From Sporopachydermia quercuum (lineage: Eukaryota), in assembly GCA_001599295.1 (NCBI GenBank), contig BCGN01000006.1:434001-498000 (forward strand): 64,000 bases of DNA. Direction: 5' to 3'. Shown here in pieces: positions 10,390 through 21,900 of the stretch (the first letter of the stretch is position 1; each line of letters begins with the position of its first letter). The notes under the pieces are model-generated. The model was given only the letters and a program-made list of their open reading frames with translations. It was not told the DNA's origin and searched no databases. The translations under genes and the position numbers were made by a program.

Positions 10390-13134
10390 ATGGGCATCAG
10401 CTTCAAAAGGAAAAGTGCTACCTTTAATCAAGTACACGCTTTGACATCAGGTAAAACATCTGCATTTGCAAGTATTGCTTCGTTGGCGGAAATCAGCTCA
10501 TACACGTACGAGAAGAAGAAAAGAGAAGAAGTGTTCAAAGCAATCTCTTACAGACTTGAAGAATCAGAAGACAACTCAATACAGCTAGATAAAACACTGC
10601 GATTATTACACTATATAATTCTCAACGGCCATAATGCATGTGTTCNATTTGCTACTAAGTTCCTCAACTCAAAAATAAGACCCATATCATGGGATCCAAC
10701 TACAAAACCCTCGATAAAGCAGTTTGCCTCTGATATAGTGACTTTGCTAGAATCACCAGAAGAACTGAAAATCCAAAAAGACAACATCAGAAAAGGTAGG
10801 CCATTGAATGCTCCTCCTCCAAATGCTAATGCTGGACCGGTACCTAGCCAAAGCAACGCACAATATACACCGATTCTGCCAACCAGACCCGTAGGGACAA
10901 GCGGGGGTTATAACGAAAGTGGAAATGTCGTAAACGCCTTCGGAGGCCTTCGATTAGAGGAAGAGAGCCTGAACAGTTTTATCCCTGCTCGAAGTTACCA
11001 GAATTCATTTGCTGAGGACGAGGAAGACGAGCAATTAAGGGCAGCAATCGAAGCNTCAAAAAATACATACGAACAGGAGCAGAGAACTCATCTTAGCTAT
11101 TCGCCAGAATTAGCTTACGATGCCAGTAACAATGAGCCTGAACTAGACGAAGACGAGGAATTAAGAAAAGCCATTGAAGAATCTAAGAAAACGGCAGAAG
11201 AAGATGCCAAGGCGAGAGAATCAAGATTAAAAGAAGACGAACTAGCTATACAATATCTTCTGAAAACCAGCGAAGAAAAGAAACCGAAGATAGCCTATAT
11301 AAATGACAAACAACAAGAACTTGGAAGTATAATGAATTCGGCAACGCCAGCCAGTACGTTTGAAAACAATCCATTTGTTACCTCATCACCCCAAGGAACC
11401 AGTCAAACAGCTCCAAATATAACAGGAATAGTATCATCACCCGTGTTGCATGATGGATCACTGGGCTTCCCAGCTCCACCAACCCAAGCAAATTCTCCCA
11501 TAAAAAAACCAGTGATTACGGAAACACCTGATTTTCTTTCTGGAACTACTGCCTATGTTCCTCCTGTATCAGGATTTGTTCTTCAACCAAAAAGGAAAAC
11601 TTCATCCAACGTCTCTCATGCACCACCTTCTGCTAGTGNGGGTAGACCGTATCCAAACTTCACCGAACAAAATTCTAATCCTTTTGCTAACTATCAGCGA
11701 AATCCTACTGTCAATGATAGTAAGACCTACCCTCAAAACGTCAACCCTGTATTTACATCACCAGTGAACAATAACTATAATAATAGCAATAACTATACCA
11801 ACAATCCTGCACAGGTCAATAATCCTTTGAACAAGATTTACTCTGGCTCAACAATGCCTTCAACAGCACCATATCCTATTGATCCTATTTATGACCAGCC
11901 ATCTAATTTCGCACACACTTCTTCTACAGGGGCCACCAAGAGTAGTTATCCACTACAATCACCCTCACCATCACCGGCACATTCGAGTCAACAATCGACT
12001 AAAACGTCAACTGGCATCAGCTCTCCAATAATACCTTCCAATCAACACTATCAATCTCCTTCAGTTCCTTCTATTTCTGATTCCTATTTGTCATCCAAAC
12101 TCGGTGATACTGACAATTGGTATAGCACTGATGTCCCCAAGGATTCTTGCAAAGGTATGAACCCTGTTGGAGCGGGAAATGAACATGCATCTCCTACATC
12201 ACCAGGCGGTACTTATACACTGAAACATACACTGAATAAACCTCAATACGACCACTACAACCCTTTTACCAGCTCATTGGACCAAAGTAATAATAACGAC
12301 AGTAGCATACCTAATAATACAACAGGTTATACTTCAGCATCCAGACCAGAAGAAGTAACGAATCAGATATATAGACAGAATTATCCTGAAGGACCAACTG
12401 GTACTTTTAAAGCGAATTCCAACAATAACAATTCCAACTCTCAGGGTACTCACTATGCAAATAACGGTTATCATACAGGAATATATACGGGACCCCCATA
12501 CTGTGATGACACAAAAGTAGCAGGTCAGATTTTGTCACATACAACAGGACAAAGTCAAAGACAAATCCCAACCAGTAGTATTAGTACTAGTGCTCCTATT
12601 GCCGGACGTGTTTCTTCAGAAACAAGAATATCAACAGCAGCAGCACAAGCTTCGGAAAACTACAATGTATTTGCGTCAAATAATAATTCAAGCCTAGACC
12701 AAAGTAATAACATCAAATTTGCATCTCCATCATATTTTCCAGCAGAAAGCTTTATTGCTCATCAAGCAATTCAAACAACAGACGCCCCAGGTGCTACAGG
12801 ATCTCAAGGCACTCAAGCAGGAACATCAATTGCGAGCCTTGCTATTGATATACCTTCTAATTCTGCTCCTTATCCAGTATATTCAAGTAATAATCCTTTT
12901 GGTGAGTATATTGATCAGGAACCAGAATATGCCGTTGACAATAACAACAACTCTAGCAGTATGAGTGTGAATGCCACCGGTGGAACGAGCAACATCACAG
13001 GTATTGATTACTTATCTCCAGCTACAACAGGCAAACCAATGGATCCTCCTTATCCGGTTTTACCTGATCCTGAGTTTGCAGGTGAGTTTCATAACGAACA
13101 AGTGAAAGAGAAATTGAACAATAGTGACAACTAG
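10390..13134 (+). CDS. Epsin-like endocytic adaptor: divergent ENTH domain, 2 UIMs, NPF motifs, long low-complexity tail
   Basis: The first ATG is at 10390 (the ORF track starts at TTG 10360). ENTH-like helices: LAEISSYTY..EVFKAISYRL..KTLRLLHYIILNG..IVTLLESPEELK. UIMs: EDEQLRAAIExSK and EDEELRKAIEESKK. Four NPF motifs: NNPF, SNPF, YNPF, NNPF. Confidence 0.75.
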   Translation: MGISFKRKSATFNQVHALTSGKTSAFASIASLAEISSYTYEKKKREEVFKAISYRLEESEDNSIQLDKTLRLLHYIILNGHNACVXFATKFLNSKIRPISWDPTTKPSIKQFASDIVTLLESPEELKIQKDNIRKGRPLNAPPPNANAGPVPSQSNAQYTPILPTRPVGTSGGYNESGNVVNAFGGLRLEEESLNSFIPARSYQNSFAEDEEDEQLRAAIEXSKNTYEQEQRTHLSYSPELAYDASNNEPELDEDEELRKAIEESKKTAEEDAKARESRLKEDELAIQYLLKTSEEKKPKIAYINDKQQELGSIMNSATPASTFENNPFVTSSPQGTSQTAPNITGIVSSPVLHDGSLGFPAPPTQANSPIKKPVITETPDFLSGTTAYVPPVSGFVLQPKRKTSSNVSHAPPSASXGRPYPNFTEQNSNPFANYQRNPTVNDSKTYPQNVNPVFTSPVNNNYNNSNNYTNNPAQVNNPLNKIYSGSTMPSTAPYPIDPIYDQPSNFAHTSSTGATKSSYPLQSPSPSPAHSSQQSTKTSTGISSPIIPSNQHYQSPSVPSISDSYLSSKLGDTDNWYSTDVPKDSCKGMNPVGAGNEHASPTSPGGTYTLKHTLNKPQYDHYNPFTSSLDQSNNNDSSIPNNTTGYTSASRPEEVTNQIYRQNYPEGPTGTFKANSNNNNSNSQGTHYANNGYHTGIYTGPPYCDDTKVAGQILSHTTGQSQRQIPTSSISTSAPIAGRVSSETRISTAAAQASENYNVFASNNNSSLDQSNNIKFASPSYFPAESFIAHQAIQTTDAPGATGSQGTQAGTSIASLAIDIPSNSAPYPVYSSNNPFGEYIDQEPEYAVDNNNNSSSMSVNATGGTSNITGIDYLSPATTGKPMDPPYPVLPDPEFAGEFHNEQVKEKLNNSDN

Positions 13135-14941
13135 TGGACAGTAAGTCATTGAATTGTTGTGATTAAAAACTCAGAGTTGATACTTTGGCTGATTCGGTAT
13201 ACTAATTAGTTTGGTACGATGCGGACGATTTTCTTTACATATTCAGTGCGGGGCTTACCGACTACGGTAGATATCTAGAATAATTTCTTGATCCTGAATT
13301 GATCCAATAACTATAGTGTACTGGAAAAATGGAAATGGATTGTTTCATCCAACTGGACCATCTTCGCTATGCTACTTCCGTTGTTTCTGCCGTCATTATT
13401 TCCAATAACTGTTGCGATTTCATCCTTATCCCCTGACATGGACCCAGTTTCAGGTCCCCGTCAGCGAGAGCTATAGGTGGTATATCAACTATTCATTATA
13501 CGTTAGTAGTTAGACTCTTCTTGAGAGCTCATATACTTATTTTGTGTAATATCGTCAAAGGGATCTTACAGTAAAGCTCTTCTGTTTGTTCGTAATACAA
13601 ACAGACAATACCTACAGTACAAGAATCAAATTCATTGATGAAAATCATTTATACTGGGAACATTACAACATTCATGAGATATCTTTCAATAGTTGGTTGC
13701 TTTTGGGAACATGCCATTGAATATGCAGACAAGTCGTTAGATGGCTTATTATTTTTTCAATGTGTTGATCTTGTTTTATTATATATCTTTTCTAAAATGG
13801 ATCGAATGGTATCAATCTAGCGAACGTTTTTAATTGGAATTTGTTAAAAATACACCGTTTCGATTTGTCGTAATGTTTCCTTAGATACAGTCTCTCGTTC
13901 TATCGTTGTATGGTTTTGTTTTCTAATAATAACAGATGAATACCGAGTAATAATATTTTGTTTAATCGGAACTGCTTTGTTTCTGGTTTGCTTCAAGAAG
14001 TAGTTCCTCCTGTAATTTTCTAAGCGAACTTAGGACTTGAACTTTTCAGATTAACTAACACACACGCAGATGACGACCATTATGATACAGCCTCTCAATC
14101 ATTTGGATCAATTAAATAAACTACGCATTTCAACAAATTACTTTCCTTATGTAGTAATTATGTAGTAATTGTACTATTATTTTATCGTATGGGAAGAAGC
14201 ACCTATGTTTATATATACATTTTTACTACTATTGCTCTACTATTGATCATACTCTATACGCCATAGTCTTTCTTACACTGTTTCACTTATCTCAACGGGA
14301 AATTCATTAATATACATTCTATCAACATCAAAACCATAAAACTCCATCTGTATTGTTGCTAGGAGGTTGATTTATTCAATAACCGATAGGATTTATATTA
14401 TTATTTATACCTCAATGAACTAATTGAAAGAAAATTTGCTAGAAGAAACCATTTAGGTATTGTTTGAGAGAAACTTTCACTCACGTACAGTTTGGGAACG
14501 AGGGCTTATGTCCTATTGGGTATTTGATCGGATTTATTAAAATAATAATTAGGATAATTTAAATATCTTTTAATAGATGTTTGATTATATTCATTATATT
14601 AACAAAGTGCTGTGTTTTTTGTTTAGTAAACAGTTGTACAACCTTTTTATTAATATATATTAACATTATAATAACTATTTATTTATTTTAATTATAATTC
14701 CAATTAAACCAAAAGAAAGGTATTTTAATTTTAAATCACCTAAACAAAAACCATGAATAAATAAAAAAAATAATAGTAGTAAAATTACGTTTACATTGTT
14801 GAAAATAATACATTATCTAAATTAGGCTGATTTAATTTAATTAATTCTATCTTAACTGTTTTATTATATAATTTTTCTAATCAACACCAAAGGATCAGCT
14901 TACCAAGAACACGCTAATGCATCTTTCATGAGTACCCGTCT

Positions 14942-17377
14942 CTACCATGTAGAATATAAACATTTCATCCACTCTTTCCTATCAGTCCAATAACGAGCAC
15001 ATTTACCATAATATATAGCAGGAAAAGCCAAGAGCATTACAAATAATTGAACACCTCCATAAGTTAAAAACGCAGTTCGGGGACCTCGAGCAGATATAAA
15101 CGAATTGTTGAAAATAGAAAAAATAAATCCAGTTACGTTCTTTGCTAAATTTAAAGAAACGAGGGTTTCTGAAGCAAACACTTTATAACTATCAACAGAA
15201 TACGTAATTGCAGTTGTTGAAGCAAAGCAACACCCAAACGATAATATTCCAAAAAATATAACTGGTACGATCCAATGATCACCATCCTCTATTGACCATC
15301 CAAATCCCATCAAACCAAGAGCTATAAGAACACTAGCAGGAAATACCATTAGTAATCTGAATTCTGGTTCATATACACCATTATTATGCTTGATCANTAT
15401 TTTGACTAGTGAATCTGATATTCTTCCTGCACTTAAAGATCCTAAGATGCCACCAGTGAAAGGTGAAACGTAAAATAAACCAATAGTGTCTTGAGAAAAA
15501 CCATAAGGCGTAGCTTCGAATAGATGCGAAATGCACTCAGAGATAACAATGAGCCATACTACTGCAAAAGTGTATATTAGTGATGCATATGAGATAGAAG
15601 GATATACTGCTATCAAAACGAATGGTCTTAATAACACTTTCCACCAGGAGTCGCTTGATAATCTGCCAACGTATAGTTTTGAGGATTCCATGAAACTTTT
15701 CATTGGAATGTTAGATGAGCTTGCAGAGAGAATTGATTCTCTCCTTAGAGAAGGTTTTCTATTAGCTGTGGATGTGCCCATATTCTGTGCACTATTAGTA
15801 TTGTTGATGAAGGAGTTTTCCTCTGGATTTTCATTGTTGGCTACACTGCTGCTCGGGGTGCTAGTCTTTTCACTAGCACTGTAGTATTCACTATTTCTAT
15901 GATGGTCACCTATGCTCTTTCCGATACCAACAGCCATATGACTCTCATCAATAGATCTATTAGTTAGAGCATTACAGACTTTCAAACTCTTATGAGAATA
16001 ATCATCTCTACTCACAGATTGAACTAGACGAGGATCAGCAAAAGAGTTCGCTCTATGTGAATTCAACGATGGTGTTCTAATTATATCTGCTTCTCTTGCT
16101 AACTCAGTTTCTTTCAATGACTCTTTATTGGGCACTGGAGTTCTATCGAAAAACGTCTCTGGAACAAATAAAAATAGAAGAATAATCAAAAGACCAAGGA
16201 ACATCGATAGGATCCAATATAGCCATGACAAAGTTAAGTACTGAAATATCAAACCAGATAGTAAGGGGACGATGTTTTTACCACCAAGTAACAGCATTGT
16301 ATAAATTCCAATTCTATAAGCTCGTTCGTGAGCAAAATAAATCTCAGCAATAGTTGAAGAAGGTAAAGATTCACATGGTGAAGCACCAATAGCCATGAGA
16401 ACTCTTGCTCCCATGAGAGATCCAAAAGAGTGAGTATTGGCTCCCCAGATAGCTCCTAGCAAGAATACTCCTGACCATAGTAAATACACTATTCGTTTTC
16501 CGTATAAAACAGCAGTTGGTGATGCTAACAGTGCACCAAAACCAAGAGCAAGCATGAAACCTCCAACAAGATAAGAAACTGTTGAAGGGGATGTATGGAA
16601 TTCCACAGTCAACGATGACAATGCAGCAGCAAGAATTGGTGTTTGACCTCCTCCCAGGAATGATAGAAACCCTACAATGAGAAGTTCTAAATCTCTTCTC
16701 CAGATTGGCCAATTTAGNGGATCATTAGGGTTATTTCTAGGCTGTGGAAAAAGAATAATGCCGCCTTTTGTCCTCTTTAGTTCAGTATTGGTGTGACCGT
16801 TCTTGTTATAGGAAATTGTACGGCTGTTATTCTCAAACTCCACTTGCTTAATTCTGGTTGGAGAAGTCGTGGTTTCATCAGTATTAGTATTATTATTGAT
16901 TCTGGTTTTGATGTTACTAATACTATCACTATTGTTGACACTATCAACTTTTAAGTTTCTAGTTGCATTTTCTCCAGGTCCAATATCAGTGTCAGCATTA
17001 ATATCAATATTATGACCATTGTATTTATTTTTAGCTGACTTCATCCTATCTTCTATCCTACCATCTAGCGCGCCATCTTTTGGTCCAACTTCACTATTAT
17101 CATTTGAGAGAATTGGTGTCATATCATTAAAGGAACTAGAAGCTATTGCATGATTTGCAATAATGCCACTTGACAAATTTCGGTCGCTATCATTAGCATT
17201 GGCATTATCCTTACCCTTATCCTCATCCTTCTTCTTATCATTACGATTTATGCTGTTGTTTGAAGTTAAAGGGGTTGGAGTACTAGTTGTTAACGTTCTA
17301 TGTAATCCAGACAGCATTACTACTGTCCCAGTGACAAATTCTTGTGTACCTGGCTGTTTGATCCATTTCGTTCTCAT
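14942..17377 (-). CDS. HOL1-family MFS transporter (GGGQTP subgroup)
   Basis: Contains FVTGTV, ILFPQPRNNPNDxLNW, AVLYGKRIVY, EIYFAHER, PETFFDR and NGVYEPEFRL, with two bundles of six hydrophobic segments. It belongs to the HOL1 family but is not clearly the direct HOL1 ortholog. Confidence 0.8.
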   Translation of the reverse strand: MRTKWIKQPGTQEFVTGTVVMLSGLHRTLTTSTPTPLTSNNSINRNDKKKDEDKGKDNANANDSDRNLSSGIIANHAIASSSFNDMTPILSNDNSEVGPKDGALDGRIEDRMKSAKNKYNGHNIDINADTDIGPGENATRNLKVDSVNNSDSISNIKTRINNNTNTDETTTSPTRIKQVEFENNSRTISYNKNGHTNTELKRTKGGIILFPQPRNNPNDXLNWPIWRRDLELLIVGFLSFLGGGQTPILAAALSSLTVEFHTSPSTVSYLVGGFMLALGFGALLASPTAVLYGKRIVYLLWSGVFLLGAIWGANTHSFGSLMGARVLMAIGASPCESLPSSTIAEIYFAHERAYRIGIYTMLLLGGKNIVPLLSGLIFQYLTLSWLYWILSMFLGLLIILLFLFVPETFFDRTPVPNKESLKETELAREADIIRTPSLNSHRANSFADPRLVQSVSRDDYSHKSLKVCNALTNRSIDESHMAVGIGKSIGDHHRNSEYYSASEKTSTPSSSVANNENPEENSFINNTNSAQNMGTSTANRKPSLRRESILSASSSNIPMKSFMESSKLYVGRLSSDSWWKVLLRPFVLIAVYPSISYASLIYTFAVVWLIVISECISHLFEATPYGFSQDTIGLFYVSPFTGGILGSLSAGRISDSLVKIXIKHNNGVYEPEFRLLMVFPASVLIALGLMGFGWSIEDGDHWIVPVIFFGILSFGCCFASTTAITYSVDSYKVFASETLVSLNLAKNVTGFIFSIFNNSFISARGPRTAFLTYGGVQLFVMLLAFPAIYYGKCARYWTDRKEWMKCLYSTW

Positions 17378-18223
17378 GGTTGGTTTGATAGAATTGGGCT
17401 GTTGATTACATATAATGAATAAGGGTGCTTGATCATTTTGTTAGTATCATTTGATACTTTATGATTGATTGACTGTATGTTTACTTTGCTATCGGGAAAT
17501 CTATCGTCGGTTTGTCCTAACTGGAATATAAAGCTGCGTGATAGAAACAAAAAGCCTTCCGGTCATTCCTCATGCAATCTCTCTTTTATAATACAGTCCC
17601 TTTGCCTATACACAAACATCTAATGGAAATCTCTCAAAATGCGTTCCATTTACAATCTTATTCACTACTTTCTACTGTCAGCCTTCCAAAAACTAGATTT
17701 CTTCAAATGGAATCCAATCTTTATCTCCTTTGTCAAATCCATTTCTCCATTAAGAATCATGTACTAAGACAAGAAATTTAATGATCAATTCTCATATACT
17801 CTTCGATGCCCTCCTGTTCCCAGTACTGTTAAGCAAATGTCCCATAACATAGAGCCGTCTCAAACCCTGTTACACAATCTCCTTGATATCATTAAAGGGG
17901 ACAATTATAGATGACATTATCAAAAATGCTGCAATGCCTCAACTTTTGCTGTAAAATTGTCCATAAACAGCATGTATATCCCAATTAGGGAGCGCCCAGT
18001 TTTAAGAATTTCAATCAAATCACAAAACGGTAACTTTCAAAAAGTACAAACCCCAAACGTATATGGTACAAACCCCATTGAATTAAAGAAAGAATTTTGT
18101 AAACAAGCGAAGAAGTCAATAAGGATGTATTTATTAGCATTATCATAGAAAAAGAAAGAAAAAAAGGTATTAAATAAATATAAAGAGCTCGAAAAGACCA
18201 CAACTAAGGACATTNAAAAAGTA

Positions 18224-18848
18224 ACGCGTGAAAGAAAGAAATCAAGGGATGTAATAATATACGTAGTTTCTTGATCCTTTTTGTTTGCTAATATTACCAC
18301 TTTGTCTCGTTGCCAGCGTTACGCTAAGTTAGGTTACGAGTAGTCGCAAGAAAGCCTGACAGAAACAGTACAGCGGGAGGTTGATCTACTAGACGAATAG
18401 AAGACTGGTCGCGTTAGTTTGCTTTGATCTGATTTGAACAATAACGGAAACAGAAGCAGTTGGTTATAGTCTTTTTGAAGTACAAGTGAATGATAAGGAG
18501 AATAAGTTCTGATTTATCAGATCTCAGTTGAACTACAAATTAGTATTGATGAAAAAAGCTTAGACAGTTGGAAGTGGGCTCCCCAGTAAAAAAAAGACAT
18601 TTCAAATTAATTTGATTGAGATTCCAGGTCAGATTTCAACAATTGAAGAATGGAAATGAATAGAAAAGAGTGAAATAAATAACAAATCAAGGACAAAACA
18701 AAATATAATCGAGCATTCTAAACCGTTCAAACGAGGATTCAAAAAACCCAGCATAGAGGAAGGGTATCATCAAGAATCGATGAGAAACAAGCAAAACAGA
18801 TCATTATTATCATAAAAGTTCATTTAGTTAACTTATTTACCCACGCGT
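18224..18848. promoter_or_regulatory. Two MCB elements (ACGCGT) upstream of CAF120/SKG3
   Basis: ACGCGT at 18224-18229 and 18843-18848, plus TCGCGT near 18409, in AT-rich DNA. Confidence 0.45.
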
Positions 18849-18964
18849 TTATTGATCTGTTGTTGTTATACTCTGTCTCACAACAACAACAAACACACAT
18901 AAAAGCATACATCTGAGTTTTATTTTTGTTTAACCTATTTGACAAAACTCACTAGCGTTGCACG

Positions 18965-21900
18965 ATGGGAGTTTTCACCACCAAGGGTGGATCCAAACGA
19001 TTCTCTCTGAATAGTCAACACAGCGTGGAGATTAGCAGAGAACGAGAAACTTCAGGCTCAGGTTTACCGCCGCCAGAAGATCTGGGCCCAGAATTGAACC
19101 CAATCGTTACTCTGTTGAACTGCCAAAACAGCAGAAAATACTTTTCAGGTTATTTCATGCTCTTGTGCGATCTCAACGCAGACGGCCAACCTGCTGAAAG
19201 GAAATGGAATGAAGTGTATGGCGTGCTGACAGGCACTCAACTAGCTTATTGGAACACCGGAAGTATTGGATCTAAGGAAAGATTTGATGCTTCTAAACCA
19301 AACTACATCAATTTCACCGATTCTAGTTTCAAACCTATTGAAGTGTTGCCGTCTCCGAACGGTGATTTGCACAACCTAATTGTCGTATCTACTACATTGA
19401 AGAATAGATTTTTGTTGCAGTATTCCAATGTGGAAGATTTCACCACTTGGTACGCTGCTTTCCGTTTGTCAATTTTTGAACTCACATCCCTACAGGAAGC
19501 ATATTCAGCTGCATTGCTTTCGGCAAGAGGCACACGATTGAAAGACATCAGGGTCATTCTTGCTGAGACTAAATTCAGACGCGAAGAATGGGTTTCTGTT
19601 AGATTTGGCTCGGGAATGCCTTGGAAAAGATGCTATGCTGTAATAACACCTTCAGAACATAAAAGAAATCCAAAGAAACAATTAAAGAAGAAACACTACG
19701 GTACGATTCAGTTCTACGAGGACGAAAAGAAGTCCAAGAAGAATTCTATGGCTCAAATTACTAGTGCTACATCTTGTGTAGCTATCTATCCACAATCACC
19801 AGTACTCATTGACCAATCAACACTGCTGAAAATTAAAGGCGATATTTGCTTTGGAAAATCCAAAGAGCCAAAAGAGGCATCTATATTCTTAATGCCAGAA
19901 CAGCATCCTTCTGTTGCAGGATTTGAAACACTTATTCGTTTTTTAGTGCCAGTGTTGGACATTTTCCATTTATACGGTCGTCCAACACGATTGATCTCAG
20001 ATAAAACTAACCCAGAGTCCTTACTTTTTGCCTTGCCAGTATTACCAAAATGTCATTATCTTACACTTGAAGATACTAAGGATCTATGCAAACGTCAAGG
20101 ATATCAAAATTGGTCATCTTCTCAATGGGATGAAGCATTCAAACAAATTCTTTCCTCGAAGCTTCAAACAGGCTACGAAGGTTGTGGTAGTCTTTCTTCT
20201 TTTGGTGCTACCATCCGTAACCGAGCTTTAGGAGCTGCAAGCCCTTCGCCAGTGGGTCATCCTGACGCGGTGTCTAATCTAATGAGAGTTCAGAATGAAG
20301 CTTTACAACAGGGAAACGGAAATGGTCTTCACAGCGGTGCTCCAGTTACTAGAGTGTTAAGCAATGGCCAGGCAAGTATCAGCACTGGCTCATCATCAAG
20401 TCTCTCAGAATTAAACCAAGCCAACAACTCCAAGCAATTAAGATACGCAGCCTCACCTTTGAGACAGCAGTTTTCATCAAATGATGATATCGATGAAAAA
20501 AGAGCAGCAGGCAGAGGTGCACCATATTCTGGTAGTAATAACAGTAGCAGGTCTTTAGGTTCTGTTGAGGACTCTATGGTAGCTTTGAGCTTCACCAATG
20601 ATAATAATAGTGCTAGCAGCAACTACAGACAGCAAACTGCAAGTGCTGGAGACAATAGCAAATTAGGAGCACTAGGAACCCCACCATATCCTATCAATGG
20701 AGGTATAGGTGTTGGTCCTCTTGCAGCTGTTGCTGGCTCTAAACAGCTGAACCCTTCAAAATCAAACGAAAGCTCCAACTACAGAAATAGACAGCAATTT
20801 CAACAACAAGGCAATAGAGACGCGGAGGCTTCTTCAGGTGCTATAGGGAGTCCTATACCTAGTAACAGTGAACAGAGGAATCCATATGCCCACTCAGCAG
20901 GCAAATCACAGTATTCAGAAGAACCAGTAACACGAGGTGCAACAGTAGCAACTGCATCTTTAGGCGGACCTCTAAGTGGACCAGAGGATATGGGTTCTCA
21001 GTCTCAAGATCTATCTGGAGGGACATACGGACAACCTCAAGGTCAATATTCATCGCCAACTGAATCTGAGTATGTAAGGAATCAGACTGTTGCCAGCCAT
21101 AAACCAATGGGTCAGCAGCAGCAACAGGATAGACCAGAATACCGGAACAATGGTGCCAACAACATTAGCAGTTCTAATGGGAGACCCCTATACAATGCTG
21201 ATGGATATAATACTGATATGAATATGCCTGCTCCTAAACGGGGTCCCCTGCAACCAGGACAACCGCCACCGCAAAGAAATCAATCTTATGAAATATATGT
21301 TACCCCCACCCCTACTACGAACGTCAATAATGTTCCTTATAGCAACACACATGCATCTCAACAACAGCAACAATCAGTGCTACCAAAGCATCAGCAGCAG
21401 GCTGAAGGTTCATATCCACATAACCAACCAATTCAACTCCAACCTCAGCAAACTCAGCAACGAGGACCTTTCCAACACGAATATCGTCAGAACCAATTAA
21501 AGCAGCCTCAAGGTGCGTACAACAACATTAAAAAGCTGGCGACTCCACCTAAAATCTCCACGAAACCATCGCAAAGTCCTCCACCGCAAGCAGATATGCA
21601 TGTTCCTGTGCCCATGCAGCAACCCGCTTATCAAACAGGTTATCCCTCTGGCGATATGAACTATGGATACTCTAACGAAGGCTCACGACCCCCAGGTCAA
21701 GGATACCATGGACATCCAGGAAAGGGTCCTCAAGGATTTACTTCCCTTCAGCAGCCAAGGTTTGTTGAGAGACCACCAGGAGCAGGACCTTATGGTTCAT
21801 CTTCAGGGCAATACAACAACAGCTCGCAATCTTCGTTACCTATGAAACCTGGATACACGAAGAATAGCTCTTTCTCAAAAGCCCAAGGACATCCAGGCCA

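Noticed and set aside
4199..17377. A polyamine transport gene cluster (TPO2/3 exporter plus HOL1-family importer)
   Set aside because: The genes are about 9 kb apart with an unrelated gene between them, and the substrate of this HOL1-family subgroup is unknown.
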